Part shown: in pieces, positions 1 through 9,851 of the stretch | How the letters are laid out: every line of letters starts with the position of its first letter | Position numbering within the stretch: position 1 is the stretch's first letter | Assembly (NCBI GenBank): GCA_036496065.1 | Contig: DASXLU010000065.1 | Location: 1-56,477, forward strand | DNA length: 56,477 bases | Source of the DNA: Candidatus Acidiferrum sp. | GTDB lineage: Bacteria; Acidobacteriota; Terriglobia; Acidiferrales; UBA7541 | Reading direction: 5' to 3' | Notes under the pieces: generated by a model | What the model saw: only the letters and a program-made list of their open reading frames with translations | What the model was told of the DNA's origin: nothing | Database searches by the model: none | Translations under genes and position numbers: made by a program

Positions 1-597
1 GTGAAATTGAAATTGCCGGCTGGCGCGTTTGGCGCATATCTGTTCGATTGCGACGGGACCATTGTCGATTCGATGCCGCTGCACTACATGGCATGGAAGA
101 AGGCGCTTGCGGAGTGGAATTGTACGCTGGAGGAGAGGCTCTTTTACGCGTTGGGCGGAACTCCGGTGGCGGAGATTGTTGCGCTGCTCAATGAAAAGCA
201 CGGACTGAGCATGCCGGTGGAAGGCGTGTCGACACGGAAGGAAAGTCTGTATATGGAGTTGTTGCCGCAGCTCAAGTCGGTGGCCGAGGTTGTGGAGCAT
301 ATCGACGCGCAACATGGGCGGATTCCATTTGCGGTAGTGTCTGGCAGCACGCGGGAATCGGTGATGGCATCGCTCTCGTCGCTAAAGCTGTTGGAGAAAT
401 TCGATGTGATGGTTTGTGCGGGGGAATACAAGAAAAGCAAGCCGGACCCGGAATGTTTTTTGTTGGCGGCTGCGAAGCTGGGGGTGGCGCCGGAGGCTTG
501 TTTGGTTTTTGAGGACACGGAGATGGGCATTCAAGCGGCGACGGCCGCGAGGATGGCCTCGGTGAAGGTGCCGCCGCCTTGGGAGCGGGGTGGGTAG
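1..597 (+). CDS. HAD-family phosphatase (beta-PGM/YqaB-like)
   Basis: HAD motif I FDCDGTIVDS, motif II VVSG, KSKPDP and motif IV VFED; GTG start at the window edge. Confidence 0.9.
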   Translation: MKLKLPAGAFGAYLFDCDGTIVDSMPLHYMAWKKALAEWNCTLEERLFYALGGTPVAEIVALLNEKHGLSMPVEGVSTRKESLYMELLPQLKSVAEVVEHIDAQHGRIPFAVVSGSTRESVMASLSSLKLLEKFDVMVCAGEYKKSKPDPECFLLAAAKLGVAPEACLVFEDTEMGIQAATAARMASVKVPPPWERGG

Positions 598-744
598 TAG
601 GCGTGGCGAAGAGTTAGTTGTCGGGGAGCGGAGGCAAAGAAGCAAAGAGGCGGAGATCGAAGAGGGATTCCTCGCGTTGCTCCCCTCGAAGCTCGGGGCT
701 GTGCGAAAGCGTGCGGGTCGCGGGAGACAAGGTAGAATCGCCGC

Positions 745-1146
745 GTGACTCGCGCGCTCTTCGTCCGGCGTCTACTATTTTTTGGTGCGCTTGTTGTGGT
801 CTGCGGGATCGGTCTGTACTCCCAACTTGACCGAATCGACAGTCTCAACGTCAGCCTCGCCATCTACAACGGTGCCGCGATCCTAAGTCTCGCTCTGACG
901 GTGCTTGGACTGCTGACGCTATTGATTGGAGCGGTGGTTTGGGCTCGACGAGCGCTACTGCGTCAGTTGCTTTGGGCGGGCGCGGGAACTGGGGTGGCTA
1001 CTTTTCTGTTCGCGGAACTTTTGCTGAGCAAGTTTCACGGATACAGTTTGATTTTGTTGTTTGTCGTGAGCGCTGGAAGCTTGGCGTGCGTGTTGATGTT
1101 TTTGATGGCGGCTGCCCACGGGCTGCGGTGGCGCAGAGGAGGATGA
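745..1146 (+). CDS. hypothetical membrane protein (~4 TM)
   Basis: 133-aa ORF with four hydrophobic segments filling the gap between genes; no recognised motif. Confidence 0.55.
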   Translation: MTRALFVRRLLFFGALVVVCGIGLYSQLDRIDSLNVSLAIYNGAAILSLALTVLGLLTLLIGAVVWARRALLRQLLWAGAGTGVATFLFAELLLSKFHGYSLILLFVVSAGSLACVLMFLMAAAHGLRWRRGG

Positions 1147-1212
1147 AGCATTCGCGGAACCCGTGCAACACAGGGACGGAAAGAACATTGCGGCAGGAAA
1201 ACGGGCGGCATG

Positions 1213-1248
1213 TTGCGGGCATGGGGCGCAGCAGTGCTGCGCCCCTAC
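1213..1248 (-). repeat. REP-like palindrome (GTAG-type), copy 1
   Basis: ttgcgggcatGGGGCGCAGC-agt-GCTGCGCCCCtac; the minus strand begins GTAG; near-identical copy at 5723-5757. Confidence 0.65.
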
Positions 1249-1269
1249 CAAAAACAACTTCGGTGCGAG

Positions 1270-3483
1270 TTAGAGGGGCGGCCAGGATTTGCACTCTGAC
1301 AGGGTGAGTGGGGCGGTGATCGGGTTGCCGAGCTTGAAGCGGATGAGTCCGTCGGAAGTGGAGCAGAAATTTCTTTTGCCGGTGTTGGCAGAGACGGGTG
1401 TGGCGAGTACGACGTAATCTTTGCAGACTTGCAGCTTGCAAAGCGCAGTCACACGGAACTGAAAGCCGGATTTAGTGCACCACGCATCGCCTTTACAACT
1501 GTCATTGGCCAAAGACTGGTCGAGCAGACCCGCGTGCTCGGGAGAATAGGCGTTGGGTCCTTGGGGATTCAAGCCGAGTGATGCGAGGTTGGAGGCGAAG
1601 CCGCGCTTTGGAAATGTCACTGAATAAGTAACCTGAGCAGTGTTCACAGTGCGGACACTGCCAATGGCGCTGGATTCGTTAGCAGCAATTCTGGAGCGAA
1701 TTAGATTTGGGATGGCGACTGCGGCGGCGATCAAGACGCCACCGATTTCAATGCCCGCACTGTTGCTAACCTCTCGGATGGCGGCATCTTCCCCGTAGAC
1801 GGCGAGTGTCATGGGAAATACAGCGTTCGAATTCTGCTGTAAGGATTCGACCAAGCTTGGAATAACGGAGCGCACTTGGAGCGCGCTTATGGCGATTGTG
1901 TCCTCGTAGAACAATGCTGAAGCTTCCAGCGAATGGCCCGGCGGCAACGAGGCGAGAAATGTTTTGGATTTGGCAAGGGATTCGCCGGAACGATGAGCTT
2001 GCACGGCTTCGGCAATCGCTTCGCGGCTTGAACCGAGAAGCATGTATCCATCGACAAACGCAAAGGCGATTTCCGTGGTGGTCTTCCCGGAAGGGACGGC
2101 AAGCGTGCGATAAGTGACACCGGCATCATCGATCACGGTCGTCTCGAAATGTGTTTTGGCGATCAGCGTATTCAATGTTTGCGCGAGGTGCTTGGTATCG
2201 TTCACGGCGAGCATGGCCTTCCATACCGGGTGCGATGGAGCGACGCTGTCCAATTCGATGGTGACTTCGCCGCGGAGCAGGTCGAGGAAGTCGTCTTTTA
2301 ACTTCACGCCCATTGCCTGTTCGGCTCCGGGAATCGCGGCGTAGGATTGTGCGCCGGCGGGACCGCCCATATCCTTAACGTCGTCAAAAATCTGAGATGG
2401 ATCCGAAAGAACTACGGTGGCCGCCAGAATCGCTTTGGGAGAAACAAAGTCGAGACTGCCGAGAGGCGCCGGCTTAGCTAGCCATGCGGCGGCTCCGTGG
2501 CGCGGTCCAGTAAAACTCAATACCATCTGGCTGACACCTTTTCCCTGCGGCGCTGTATGGTCCCAGGTCAAGTACTGCACATCGGCGAACCCGCTTTTTT
2601 GTAAAGCGGCGCTTTGCTTCGTGGCGGGTGAGGACTTCGCCATGATTTCCTGCAGATCGGCGGCGGCCAGAAGCGTGACGTTGCTGCGATACTCTTGCAG
2701 GACGTGCTGCCCAAACGGAGTTGCGACGAAGCTGCGATCCGCAGATTCCAGATGGTCATTGAAACTGCGCAGCGTAGCGAGATCCGGCGTGGCAACGACG
2801 AAGTCTGGGCGGACCAGGACCGTGAGAGCTTGCGGGCCGGGCTTGTCCTTAGCGGCGGCGAGTTCCTGCACATTCAGGACGCGTAGGGAGACATCGGATT
2901 TGCCTGCGTGCTCGGTTGCCGCGGATTGCAGGAATTCCTTCAGGCCCGGCTTGCGCACTTCGGAAACAAGAATGAAGGCAGGTTCCTTGCCGTTGATTGT
3001 GGCCGAGACGACGATCTCGTTGCCGAGGTACTGGTGGAGTTGAGAAAATTTGTCGAGAGAGTCAAGGAGCTTGGGCCCGTTCGCGGCCATTTGCCCGTGT
3101 TCCCACCAATCGCGGAGAACGGAGCTGTCTTGTAACTCCTGGCGAAACGTTTTGACCGCTTGCGAGACCGTGTCGCCGTAATTGGGGATGGCAAAAACGG
3201 AGATGGTGGGTTGCGGCAACAAAGGCAGGAGATGGCTCTCGGTGCGCGGAGCCGGGAACTGGACGTTTTGTCGCAATTTTTCGAGCAGATGAGTGAGTTC
3301 GGCGGGCAAGCCGGGATATTTGTTGAGATCTTGCGTCCACGGCATTTCGGGAGGCTGAGGCGTTGCGGGTGCCGTGGCGTTTTGGGCGTGAGAGGCAGCG
3401 GCGAGCATCAAGAAAACGACAATAGCAGTGGCGCGGCGAAAGAAGGATTGGCGATTATGGCGAGAAGGCTGGGCGGGTCTCAT
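1270..3483 (-). CDS. secreted DUF3352-like protein with C-terminal type IV pilin-like domain
   Basis: Signal peptide (..AAASHA/QN); C-terminal IAAAVAIPNLIRSRIAANESSAIGSVRTVNTAQVTY pilin-like helix followed by a Cys-containing head; the DUF3352 call is tentative. Confidence 0.7.
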   Translation of the reverse strand: MRPAQPSRHNRQSFFRRATAIVVFLMLAAASHAQNATAPATPQPPEMPWTQDLNKYPGLPAELTHLLEKLRQNVQFPAPRTESHLLPLLPQPTISVFAIPNYGDTVSQAVKTFRQELQDSSVLRDWWEHGQMAANGPKLLDSLDKFSQLHQYLGNEIVVSATINGKEPAFILVSEVRKPGLKEFLQSAATEHAGKSDVSLRVLNVQELAAAKDKPGPQALTVLVRPDFVVATPDLATLRSFNDHLESADRSFVATPFGQHVLQEYRSNVTLLAAADLQEIMAKSSPATKQSAALQKSGFADVQYLTWDHTAPQGKGVSQMVLSFTGPRHGAAAWLAKPAPLGSLDFVSPKAILAATVVLSDPSQIFDDVKDMGGPAGAQSYAAIPGAEQAMGVKLKDDFLDLLRGEVTIELDSVAPSHPVWKAMLAVNDTKHLAQTLNTLIAKTHFETTVIDDAGVTYRTLAVPSGKTTTEIAFAFVDGYMLLGSSREAIAEAVQAHRSGESLAKSKTFLASLPPGHSLEASALFYEDTIAISALQVRSVIPSLVESLQQNSNAVFPMTLAVYGEDAAIREVSNSAGIEIGGVLIAAAVAIPNLIRSRIAANESSAIGSVRTVNTAQVTYSVTFPKRGFASNLASLGLNPQGPNAYSPEHAGLLDQSLANDSCKGDAWCTKSGFQFRVTALCKLQVCKDYVVLATPVSANTGKRNFCSTSDGLIRFKLGNPITAPLTLSECKSWPPL

Positions 3484-3653
3484 CGTTGTGTCCTTAAAAT
3501 TGGAAAGACTAAAGCGGATTGCGGGTGCTGTTTCTTATAGCAAAACACAAATTGGAGTAGTACGGTTCGTGGCACGAAAGGCGCTGTGCCCTGACGTGTA
3601 TTATCCGCATACGTGTTAGCACTATAAAAACTTGGAATTGAGCGGTGGCGGGC

Positions 3654-4403
3654 ATGAAAGCGACCCGGGCTCCAGTTTTATTCCTTTTGGGGGCATTGCT
3701 GGTTGCGCGAAATGTTTGGGCGCAAAGCAATCCGCCTGTTCAGAGTGCGGGTCTGTGCGCGGGAAGCGGGCGGGCCGTGGAAAAGGCGGGCATCGCGGAG
3801 CCGCTGCAACTGGCGGCAAAACAAATCATGCCGTCCGAGAGCGATGCGCGGCTCACTGTAGTGACGCTGGCTAGTTTTGGCTTGTGCCAGTACACCTTCT
3901 ATTCCGCCGCACAAAATAAATCGTTCACGTTTGCCGATACGCAGGGCGCCTTGCACAAGTTGGGTAGCGGCGCGCCTAAGACAGCTCCGCGAGCTCTTCC
4001 GGAGGCGTTTCTTGATCTGCCCGAAGCGATTGTGGCGGCGCAACAGCAAGGTCTGACGTTGCCGCTCAAGTCGGCGATTCTTCGTGTTGCTGGTCCTCAA
4101 GGGAAGGTTGTCATTGCGGTTTGGGTGCTGACCCCGGTGAACAATTCAGGGGTGAGCTATTTCGTGGCGGCTGCGGATGCGGGGCACGCATTGCAAGCTA
4201 CCGATATCAGCGACATCCCGAGCGATGCGCAGTCACGCCATATTGTCGATCCGTTTCATTCGGTGGATGCAGCGAGAAACGCAGCAGGCGACTCCACGTC
4301 GAAGCTTGACTGCTTGGTGGTGCATAGTCAGCGCGGCACCCAGCAACTGAGGATCTATAGTCATCGGCCATGCCCTTCGGCCGGAGCCGTTCCCGCACCG
4401 TAA
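3654..4403 (+). CDS. hypothetical secreted protein
   Basis: Signal peptide MKATRAPVLFLLGALLVARNVWA; no confident family. Confidence 0.6.
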   Translation: MKATRAPVLFLLGALLVARNVWAQSNPPVQSAGLCAGSGRAVEKAGIAEPLQLAAKQIMPSESDARLTVVTLASFGLCQYTFYSAAQNKSFTFADTQGALHKLGSGAPKTAPRALPEAFLDLPEAIVAAQQQGLTLPLKSAILRVAGPQGKVVIAVWVLTPVNNSGVSYFVAAADAGHALQATDISDIPSDAQSRHIVDPFHSVDAARNAAGDSTSKLDCLVVHSQRGTQQLRIYSHRPCPSAGAVPAP

Positions 4404-4521
4404 TGGTTCGCAAAGTGCGAACGGCATGCTGATCATTCCATTTTGGAAGCAGTTGCGAGGCGCGCGGACGATGCCAGTGCACGTTTGTCGGGCACTGTGA
4501 CCTGCGACACTTCGGGTTGCG

Positions 4522-4550
4522 TTGACAATCCCCCACACTACACTTAGCAT
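4522..4550 (+). promoter_or_regulatory. sigma70-type promoter of the gap operon
   Basis: TTGACA (4522-4527), 17-bp spacer, TAGCAT (4545-4550); RBS GGAGGA at 4612-4617. Confidence 0.65.
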
Positions 4551-4621
4551 TTTTAGTTCTACCTGCGGCGTCTCTCCGCTCTATCGGCCGCCGCAAAACA
4601 CACCCCGCATCGGAGGAAGTA

Positions 4622-5626
4622 ATGCCTATTAAGGTTGGTATCAACGGCTTCGGCCGCATCGGTCGGAACATTGTGCGCACCGCACTGGACGATAAGGATA
4701 TTCAGTTTGTGGCCGTGAATGACATCACGGATGCGAAAACGCTGGCACACCTGCTGAAGTACGACTCCGTGTTGGGCAATTTGTCGCAGACCATCACGCA
4801 CACGGAAGATTCCATCAGCATCGAAGGCAAGCCAATCAAGGTATTCAAAGTTAAGGATCCAGCGCAGATCGACTGGGAGAGTGTCGGCGCAGAAATCGTT
4901 GTCGAGTCCACGGGATTGTTTACCAAGGGGCCGGAAGCGGCAAAGCATCTGCACGGTCCGGTGAAGAAGGTGATTATTTCGGCGCCGGCGGAAGGGCCGG
5001 ATGCCACGTTCGTGTTGGGCGTGAACGACAAGACGTACGACGCGGCAAAGCACAACGTAATTTCGAACGCGTCTTGCACGACGAATTGCCTGGCGCCGGT
5101 TGCCAAGGTGATTCACGACACGTTTGGGATTCAGGCCGGCACCATGACCACGATTCACTCGTATACCAACGACCAGAAATTGCTGGACCTGCCGCACAAG
5201 GACTTGCGTCGCGCGCGCGCCGCGGCACTGAGCATGATTCCGAGCTCGACTGGTGCGGCGAAGGCCCTGCACCTGGTGATTCCAGAGTTGAAAGGCAAGC
5301 TCGACGGCTACGCGATGCGCGTGCCCACGCCGAACGTCAGTGTTGTGGACCTGACGGTTTTCGTGGAGAAGCCGGCGACGAAGGAAACGGTAAACGCTGC
5401 GTTGAAGGCTGCCGCCAACGGCCCGATGAAGGGCATTCTTGGATACACGGAAGAGGAGTTGGTCTCGATCGATTTCCGAGGCAATCCTAATTCCTCGATT
5501 GTGGACGCCGAATATACCAAGGTGGTGGGCGACCGTTGCGTGAAAGTGCTGGCGTGGTACGACAACGAGTGGGGCTATTCCTGCCGCGTACGCGACTTGA
5601 TCAAGTTCGTCGCCAAGAAAGCCTAG
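4622..5626 (+). CDS. gap: type I glyceraldehyde-3-phosphate dehydrogenase
   Basis: [18 protein letters not shown] active site, WYDNEWGY. Confidence 0.99.
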   Translation: MPIKVGINGFGRIGRNIVRTALDDKDIQFVAVNDITDAKTLAHLLKYDSVLGNLSQTITHTEDSISIEGKPIKVFKVKDPAQIDWESVGAEIVVESTGLFTKGPEAAKHLHGPVKKVIISAPAEGPDATFVLGVNDKTYDAAKHNVISNASCTTNCLAPVAKVIHDTFGIQAGTMTTIHSYTNDQKLLDLPHKDLRRARAAALSMIPSSTGAAKALHLVIPELKGKLDGYAMRVPTPNVSVVDLTVFVEKPATKETVNAALKAAANGPMKGILGYTEEELVSIDFRGNPNSSIVDAEYTKVVGDRCVKVLAWYDNEWGYSCRVRDLIKFVAKKA

Positions 5627-5687
5627 GGCGAGTGAGTGGATTAACACCGCCTGTTCAATTCGCTGTGATTTAAGACAGTCGCGGAGA

Positions 5688-5757
5688 GCAGGCAGGAATG
5701 CCTGTGCCACGCTTGCGTAATCTTGCGGACATGGGGTCCAGCGTGCTGGACCCCTAC
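5688..5757 (-). repeat. two tandem REP-like palindromes between gap and pgk
   Basis: GCAGGCA-ggaa-TGCCTGT-gccac (5688-5710; minus strand starts GTGG) and GGGGTCCAGC-gt-GCTGGACCCC-tac (within 5723-5757; minus strand starts GTAG). Confidence 0.6.
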
Positions 5758-5799
5758 TGGCTGAGCTTGCTGGCCACTAACGGAAAGAATAGGTAAATC

Positions 5800-6996
5800 A
5801 TGAACAAATTGAGCATTCGTGATCTGGAGTTGCGCGGGAAGCGTGTGTTTATTCGCGTGGATTTTAACGTTCCGTTGAAGGACGGAAAAGTAACGGACGA
5901 TACGCGTATTCGGGAAACATTGCCGACGTTGAAGGTAGCGATCGAAAAGGGTGGGCGGCTGGTACTGGCGTCACACCTGGGACGGCCCAAGGGCGGTCCG
6001 GACGCGAAATATTCGTTGAAGCCGGCAGCAGCGAAGTTGCAGGAGCTTCTCGGGAAGCCCGTGGCGTTTGCCTCGGATTGTGTTGGCGCGGAAGCCGAGA
6101 CGAAGAGTAAGGCACTGAAGGATGGGGAGGTGCTGCTGCTCGAAAACGTGCGGTTTCATCCGGAAGAAGAAAAGAATGATGAGGCTTTTTCGAAGCAGTT
6201 GGCAGCTCTGTGCGACGGGCTGTTTGTTTGCGACGCGTTTGGCTCGGCGCATCGCGCGCACGCTTCCGTCGTGGGAATCACGCGATTCGTGCAGAAGTCT
6301 GCCGCAGGACTGCTGATGGAGAAGGAGATTGAGTACATCGGTAAAGCGGTGAGCAATCCGGCGCGGCCGTTTGTGGCGATTCTGGGCGGCGCAAAAGTCA
6401 GCGACAAAATTGAAGTGGTAGAAAATTTGATGAAGATAGCCGACGCGATGCTGATTGGCGGCGGCATGGCGTATACCTTCTTGAAAGCGCAAGGGCTGGC
6501 CATCGGCAAATCGCTGGTGGAAGAAGACAAGCTGGATCTGGCCAAGAGAATTCTGGCCGATGCCAAGCAGAAAAATTTCAAGTTTCTGCTGCCGGTAGAC
6601 AACGTGATCGCGCCCGAATTCAAGGCGGATGCGCCGGCCAAGACTGTCGATGTAACCGCGATTCCTGCCGACCAGATGGGGCTGGATATCGGTCCTAAGA
6701 CGATTGCCGCCTATGCCGCGGAAATTGCCAAAGCGAAAACCATAGTGTGGAACGGGCCGATGGGCGTGTTCGAAATGCCGGCGTTTGCCAAGGGCACTCT
6801 GGAAATTGCCAAGGCTGTGGCTGCGGCTACCACGGCTGGTGCGACCTCGATTGTTGGAGGAGGCGATTCGGTAGCGGCAGTCCACCAGTCCGGCGTATCC
6901 GGAAAAATTTCGCATATTTCAACGGGCGGCGGCGCTTCACTGGAATTTCTGGGCGGGCGCAAGCTTCCGGGCGTGGAGGCCCTTACAAACAAATGA
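5800..6996 (+). CDS. pgk: phosphoglycerate kinase
   Basis: [39 protein letters not shown]. Confidence 0.99.
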   Translation: MNKLSIRDLELRGKRVFIRVDFNVPLKDGKVTDDTRIRETLPTLKVAIEKGGRLVLASHLGRPKGGPDAKYSLKPAAAKLQELLGKPVAFASDCVGAEAETKSKALKDGEVLLLENVRFHPEEEKNDEAFSKQLAALCDGLFVCDAFGSAHRAHASVVGITRFVQKSAAGLLMEKEIEYIGKAVSNPARPFVAILGGAKVSDKIEVVENLMKIADAMLIGGGMAYTFLKAQGLAIGKSLVEEDKLDLAKRILADAKQKNFKFLLPVDNVIAPEFKADAPAKTVDVTAIPADQMGLDIGPKTIAAYAAEIAKAKTIVWNGPMGVFEMPAFAKGTLEIAKAVAAATTAGATSIVGGGDSVAAVHQSGVSGKISHISTGGGASLEFLGGRKLPGVEALTNK

Positions 6997-7763
6997 GCAC
7001 CACGAAACGTCGCCGGGTGATTGCCGGCAATTGGAAGATGTACAAGACGCAGGCGGACACGCGCGCATTTTTCGAGGCGTTCAACCCTATGGTTGCGTCG
7101 GTATCGGACTGCGACATCGTGATCGCTCCCCCTGCCATCGATATTCCGGCGGCAGTGGAAGCGACCAAGGGCACGAAGATCGGCATCTCCGCGCAAAACG
7201 TATATTGGGAGAAGGAAGGCGCCTTTACCGGAGAAATTTCCACGGGAATGCTGGTGGAAGCGGGCTGCCGTTATACGTTGGTGGGCCACTCGGAGCGGCG
7301 ACAGTTTTTTGGAGAGACCAACGAGACCGTGTTTAAGAAGACGCGAGCGGCGCTGGCGGCGGGCTTAACTCCCATCGTTTGCATTGGGGAGATGCTGGCC
7401 GATCGGGAGGGTGGGAAGACGGAGGATATCTGCCAGACGCAATTCCTTGGCAGCGTTGGAGCTTTGACCCCTGAAGAGTTTTCCCGTATTCTAGTAGCTT
7501 ACGAACCGGTCTGGGCCATAGGTACGGGCCGCACGGCGACCCCAGAAATTGCTGCGGCTGTGCACAAGTATGTGCGGCGGTGCGCGGCAGAGAAGTTCTC
7601 TCCCGATCTTGCTGCTGCTCTGCGCATTCTGTATGGCGGGAGCGTGAAGCCCGATAACATCAAGGGATTGATGGCTCAGGAAGAACTGGATGGGACGCTG
7701 GTCGGTGGCGCAAGCCTGGACGCAAAGTCGTTCGCGAGTATCGTGAAAGATTGGCCCCGTTAA
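6993..7763 (+). CDS. tpiA: triose-phosphate isomerase
   Basis: [30 protein letters not shown]; ATG at 6993 overlaps the pgk stop (ATGA), so the longer ORF-track start is rejected. Confidence 0.98.
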   Translation: MSTTKRRRVIAGNWKMYKTQADTRAFFEAFNPMVASVSDCDIVIAPPAIDIPAAVEATKGTKIGISAQNVYWEKEGAFTGEISTGMLVEAGCRYTLVGHSERRQFFGETNETVFKKTRAALAAGLTPIVCIGEMLADREGGKTEDICQTQFLGSVGALTPEEFSRILVAYEPVWAIGTGRTATPEIAAAVHKYVRRCAAEKFSPDLAAALRILYGGSVKPDNIKGLMAQEELDGTLVGGASLDAKSFASIVKDWPR

Positions 7764-7829
7764 CGGCGGGGAAGAGTGCCGGAATTCCGCAGAAATCGTG
7801 TCCGGCCGGGCAAACAAAACTAGAGGTGG

Positions 7830-8312
7830 ATGGAAATGCCAGGTTGGATGAAATGGACGTTGGCGCTGCTGGTGGGCTTCGGAATTATTATGGTGGGATT
7901 TCGCTGGGCAGGCTGGTTGCTGACCGCGTTTTTCGTGTTGAACTGCCTGGTGCTGATCATCGTGGTGCTGCTGCAGAGCGGCAAAGCGGCTGATCTTGCG
8001 GGCGCTTTTGGCGGCGCGGGAAGCCAGACGGCGTTTGGTCCTCGCGGGGCAGCTTCGGTGCTATCGCAAGCCACGACATGGTGCGCCGTGATGTTCATGG
8101 TATGCGCGCTGGCGATGGTGGTTCGCGTAGATCGCTCGGTGGAAGAAGGCGGAGGTGGCGGCTCGGTGCTGCAGCAATTCGCCAGACCAAAGGGCAAACC
8201 GACGCCTGTGCCCGTGAATCCAGCTCCAACGCCTACGACGCCGCAGTCAACCGTGCCGCAAGCTCCGGCGCAGCAGCCAGCTGCACCCGCAACACAACCG
8301 AAGAAGCCATAA
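7830..8312 (+). CDS. secG: preprotein translocase subunit SecG (extra N-terminal TM, Pro-rich tail)
   Basis: [25 protein letters not shown] motif; canonical position between tpiA and tRNA-Leu; GAGG RBS. Confidence 0.95.
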   Translation: MEMPGWMKWTLALLVGFGIIMVGFRWAGWLLTAFFVLNCLVLIIVVLLQSGKAADLAGAFGGAGSQTAFGPRGAASVLSQATTWCAVMFMVCALAMVVRVDRSVEEGGGGGSVLQQFARPKGKPTPVPVNPAPTPTTPQSTVPQAPAQQPAAPATQPKKP

Positions 8313-8348
8313 ATTCGTGATGTGCTTTTGATTCGTTGCGGTGCTGCC

Positions 8349-8377
8349 TTGCCCGATTTGGGCGGCGCGGCTACAAT
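8349..8377 (+). promoter_or_regulatory. sigma70-type promoter of tRNA-Leu
   Basis: TTGCCC, 17 bp, TACAAT, ending 18 bp before the tRNA. Confidence 0.55.
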
Positions 8378-8395
8378 GAAATCTCTTTCCTCTGT

Positions 8396-8482
8396 GCGGT
8401 CGTGGCGGAACTGGCAGACGCACCAGCTTGAGGGGCTGGCGGTAGCAATACCGTGGTGGTTCGAATCCACTCGACCGCACCA
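8396..8482 (+). tRNA. tRNA-Leu(GAG)
   Basis: Acceptor GCGGTCG/CGACCGC, anticodon arm CCAGC-TTGAGGG-GCTGG, long variable arm CGGTA-GCAA-TACCG, T-arm GGTGG-TTCGAAT-CCACT, encoded ACCA. Confidence 0.98.
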
Positions 8483-8504
8483 TCTTCCTTTCGAGCGATC
8501 CAAA

Positions 8505-8861
8505 TTACTTCTGCACCAGTTTTAGAAGTTCATCCAAGTCGAATGGTAGCCCTTGCTGTGGAACGCCGGGTGCCATTCCGATCATCGGAACGATTGCCAG
8601 CGCATCGAAAAGAACATCGGGCGGATTTCCTGGGAATTCTTGGATTTTCTTGAGCATCCACGACATCGAAACCCGGAACCCCACTGCCGCGACATCTGCG
8701 CCCGGACTGCACACGCCCCGTATGTCGATTATCATTTGTTGGCCCGCATGAGCTGCTAGAATTTTGTTTTGGAATTCCCAAGCGCTCTTCAGATCAGCGG
8801 ATCTAACGGCCGGAACCGGGCTGGGGCCGGTCAAAAAGGCAGGAGTGTTGGAGTCGTCCAT
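8505..8861 (-). CDS. hypothetical protein
   Basis: 118-aa ATG ORF with protein-like composition; no motif. Confidence 0.55.
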   Translation of the reverse strand: MDDSNTPAFLTGPSPVPAVRSADLKSAWEFQNKILAAHAGQQMIIDIRGVCSPGADVAAVGFRVSMSWMLKKIQEFPGNPPDVLFDALAIVPMIGMAPGVPQQGLPFDLDELLKLVQK

Positions 8862-9073
8862 GGAAAGGATTAACCTCGGGCGCCAGCATACCCTAAGGAG
8901 AATGAGTCACCCTGTCCCGATGGACAGGGTTCTTTCCTTCAGCTCGCCTTTGAACGGACTGACGTCACATCTCTGATATATACCTGGCAGTGAACTACAG
9001 GGAATTTAGCAGGGAATCCCTACCAAATTAGCGGGGAATCCCCGCTTGCGCGTCAAGAGTAGTTAAGACAATC

Positions 9074-9578
9074 TTAGCCCGAGGGGGCATGAGTTTGAGA
9101 GCGAGCGTAGAGGGATGCCCCACCTTGCCCCAAAAGAATGATGCGCTGCCGCGACTGGACGTCCAATACACAAACGTATGTAAAAATCGAGAAGAGCCAA
9201 CCTCCAGTATGTCCTGATGTCCTTTTTGCGAGGCAAGCCCTCCGTTCTAGTACCTTGCATAGCGTGTCGACCGGGCCATTAAATTTCGGGATGGAACTGA
9301 ACGGCTCTTTTGAACGACGCCTACTGTATCTAGCAGGGGACTGACGGCTGAATCGGAACGAGCCGACGGGCGGCATGCCATTCATTGACAATGTCCGCGG
9401 CGTTGATCTTCGTGAGGCCGTTGTTTGCTCGCTTTTTATTTTCCCTCCGGATGTCATCGAGATAAAGGATGTTCAGCAAGGCCGCCAGATCCTGATCAAT
9501 TTCAAAATGATTTTTTGTGGGTTCCATCTGCGGATAAAGCATGTCCAGCTCGGCAAAACATTGTTCTTCCAGAGTCAT
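9074..9578 (-). pseudogene. possible degraded or frameshifted ORF (82-aa ORF 9330-9578 plus overlapping frame to 9074)
   Basis: ATG at 9578 with upstream GAGG; plausible N-terminus ends early while a second frame stays open; no family recognised. Confidence 0.3.
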
Positions 9579-9851
9579 ACGGCCACCTCACAAGTGATGC
9601 CAAGCGACGGCGCAAGTCAGTTGGACATCCAGTCAGTCTGCATAATGTTGGATTCCAACGGTCAGAGTCGCGCGGTCTCGAACGTGTCACTACTCTGTTA
9701 TTTTTTTCACTGATTCGTGACGAAACATCGATCCGGGCTAGTTACTTTAAACGGTTTGTAGACGCGGCAGGGGAGCACGGGCGTTGTGCACTAGGTTGTT
9801 GCGGCGGAAGCGAGCTTCGTTCGCATGCATTTCTGCTGATATGATTTTGGA

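Noticed and set aside
655-712. Possible REP remnant after the HAD gene
   Set aside because: Only weak self-complementarity and no clear second copy in the window
4559-6915. Long antisense ORFs (383 aa and 314 aa) opposite gap and pgk
   Set aside because: Shadow frames expected from biased codon usage in highly expressed GC-rich genes; no motifs or RBS
6747-6992. 82-aa N-terminal extension of TpiA in the ORF track, or a Pgk-Tpi fusion
   Set aside because: It lies inside pgk in another frame; pgk has its own stop and tpiA starts at the ATGA overlap at 6993
7820-8503. 227-aa minus-strand ORF
   Set aside because: Antisense to secG and tRNA-Leu
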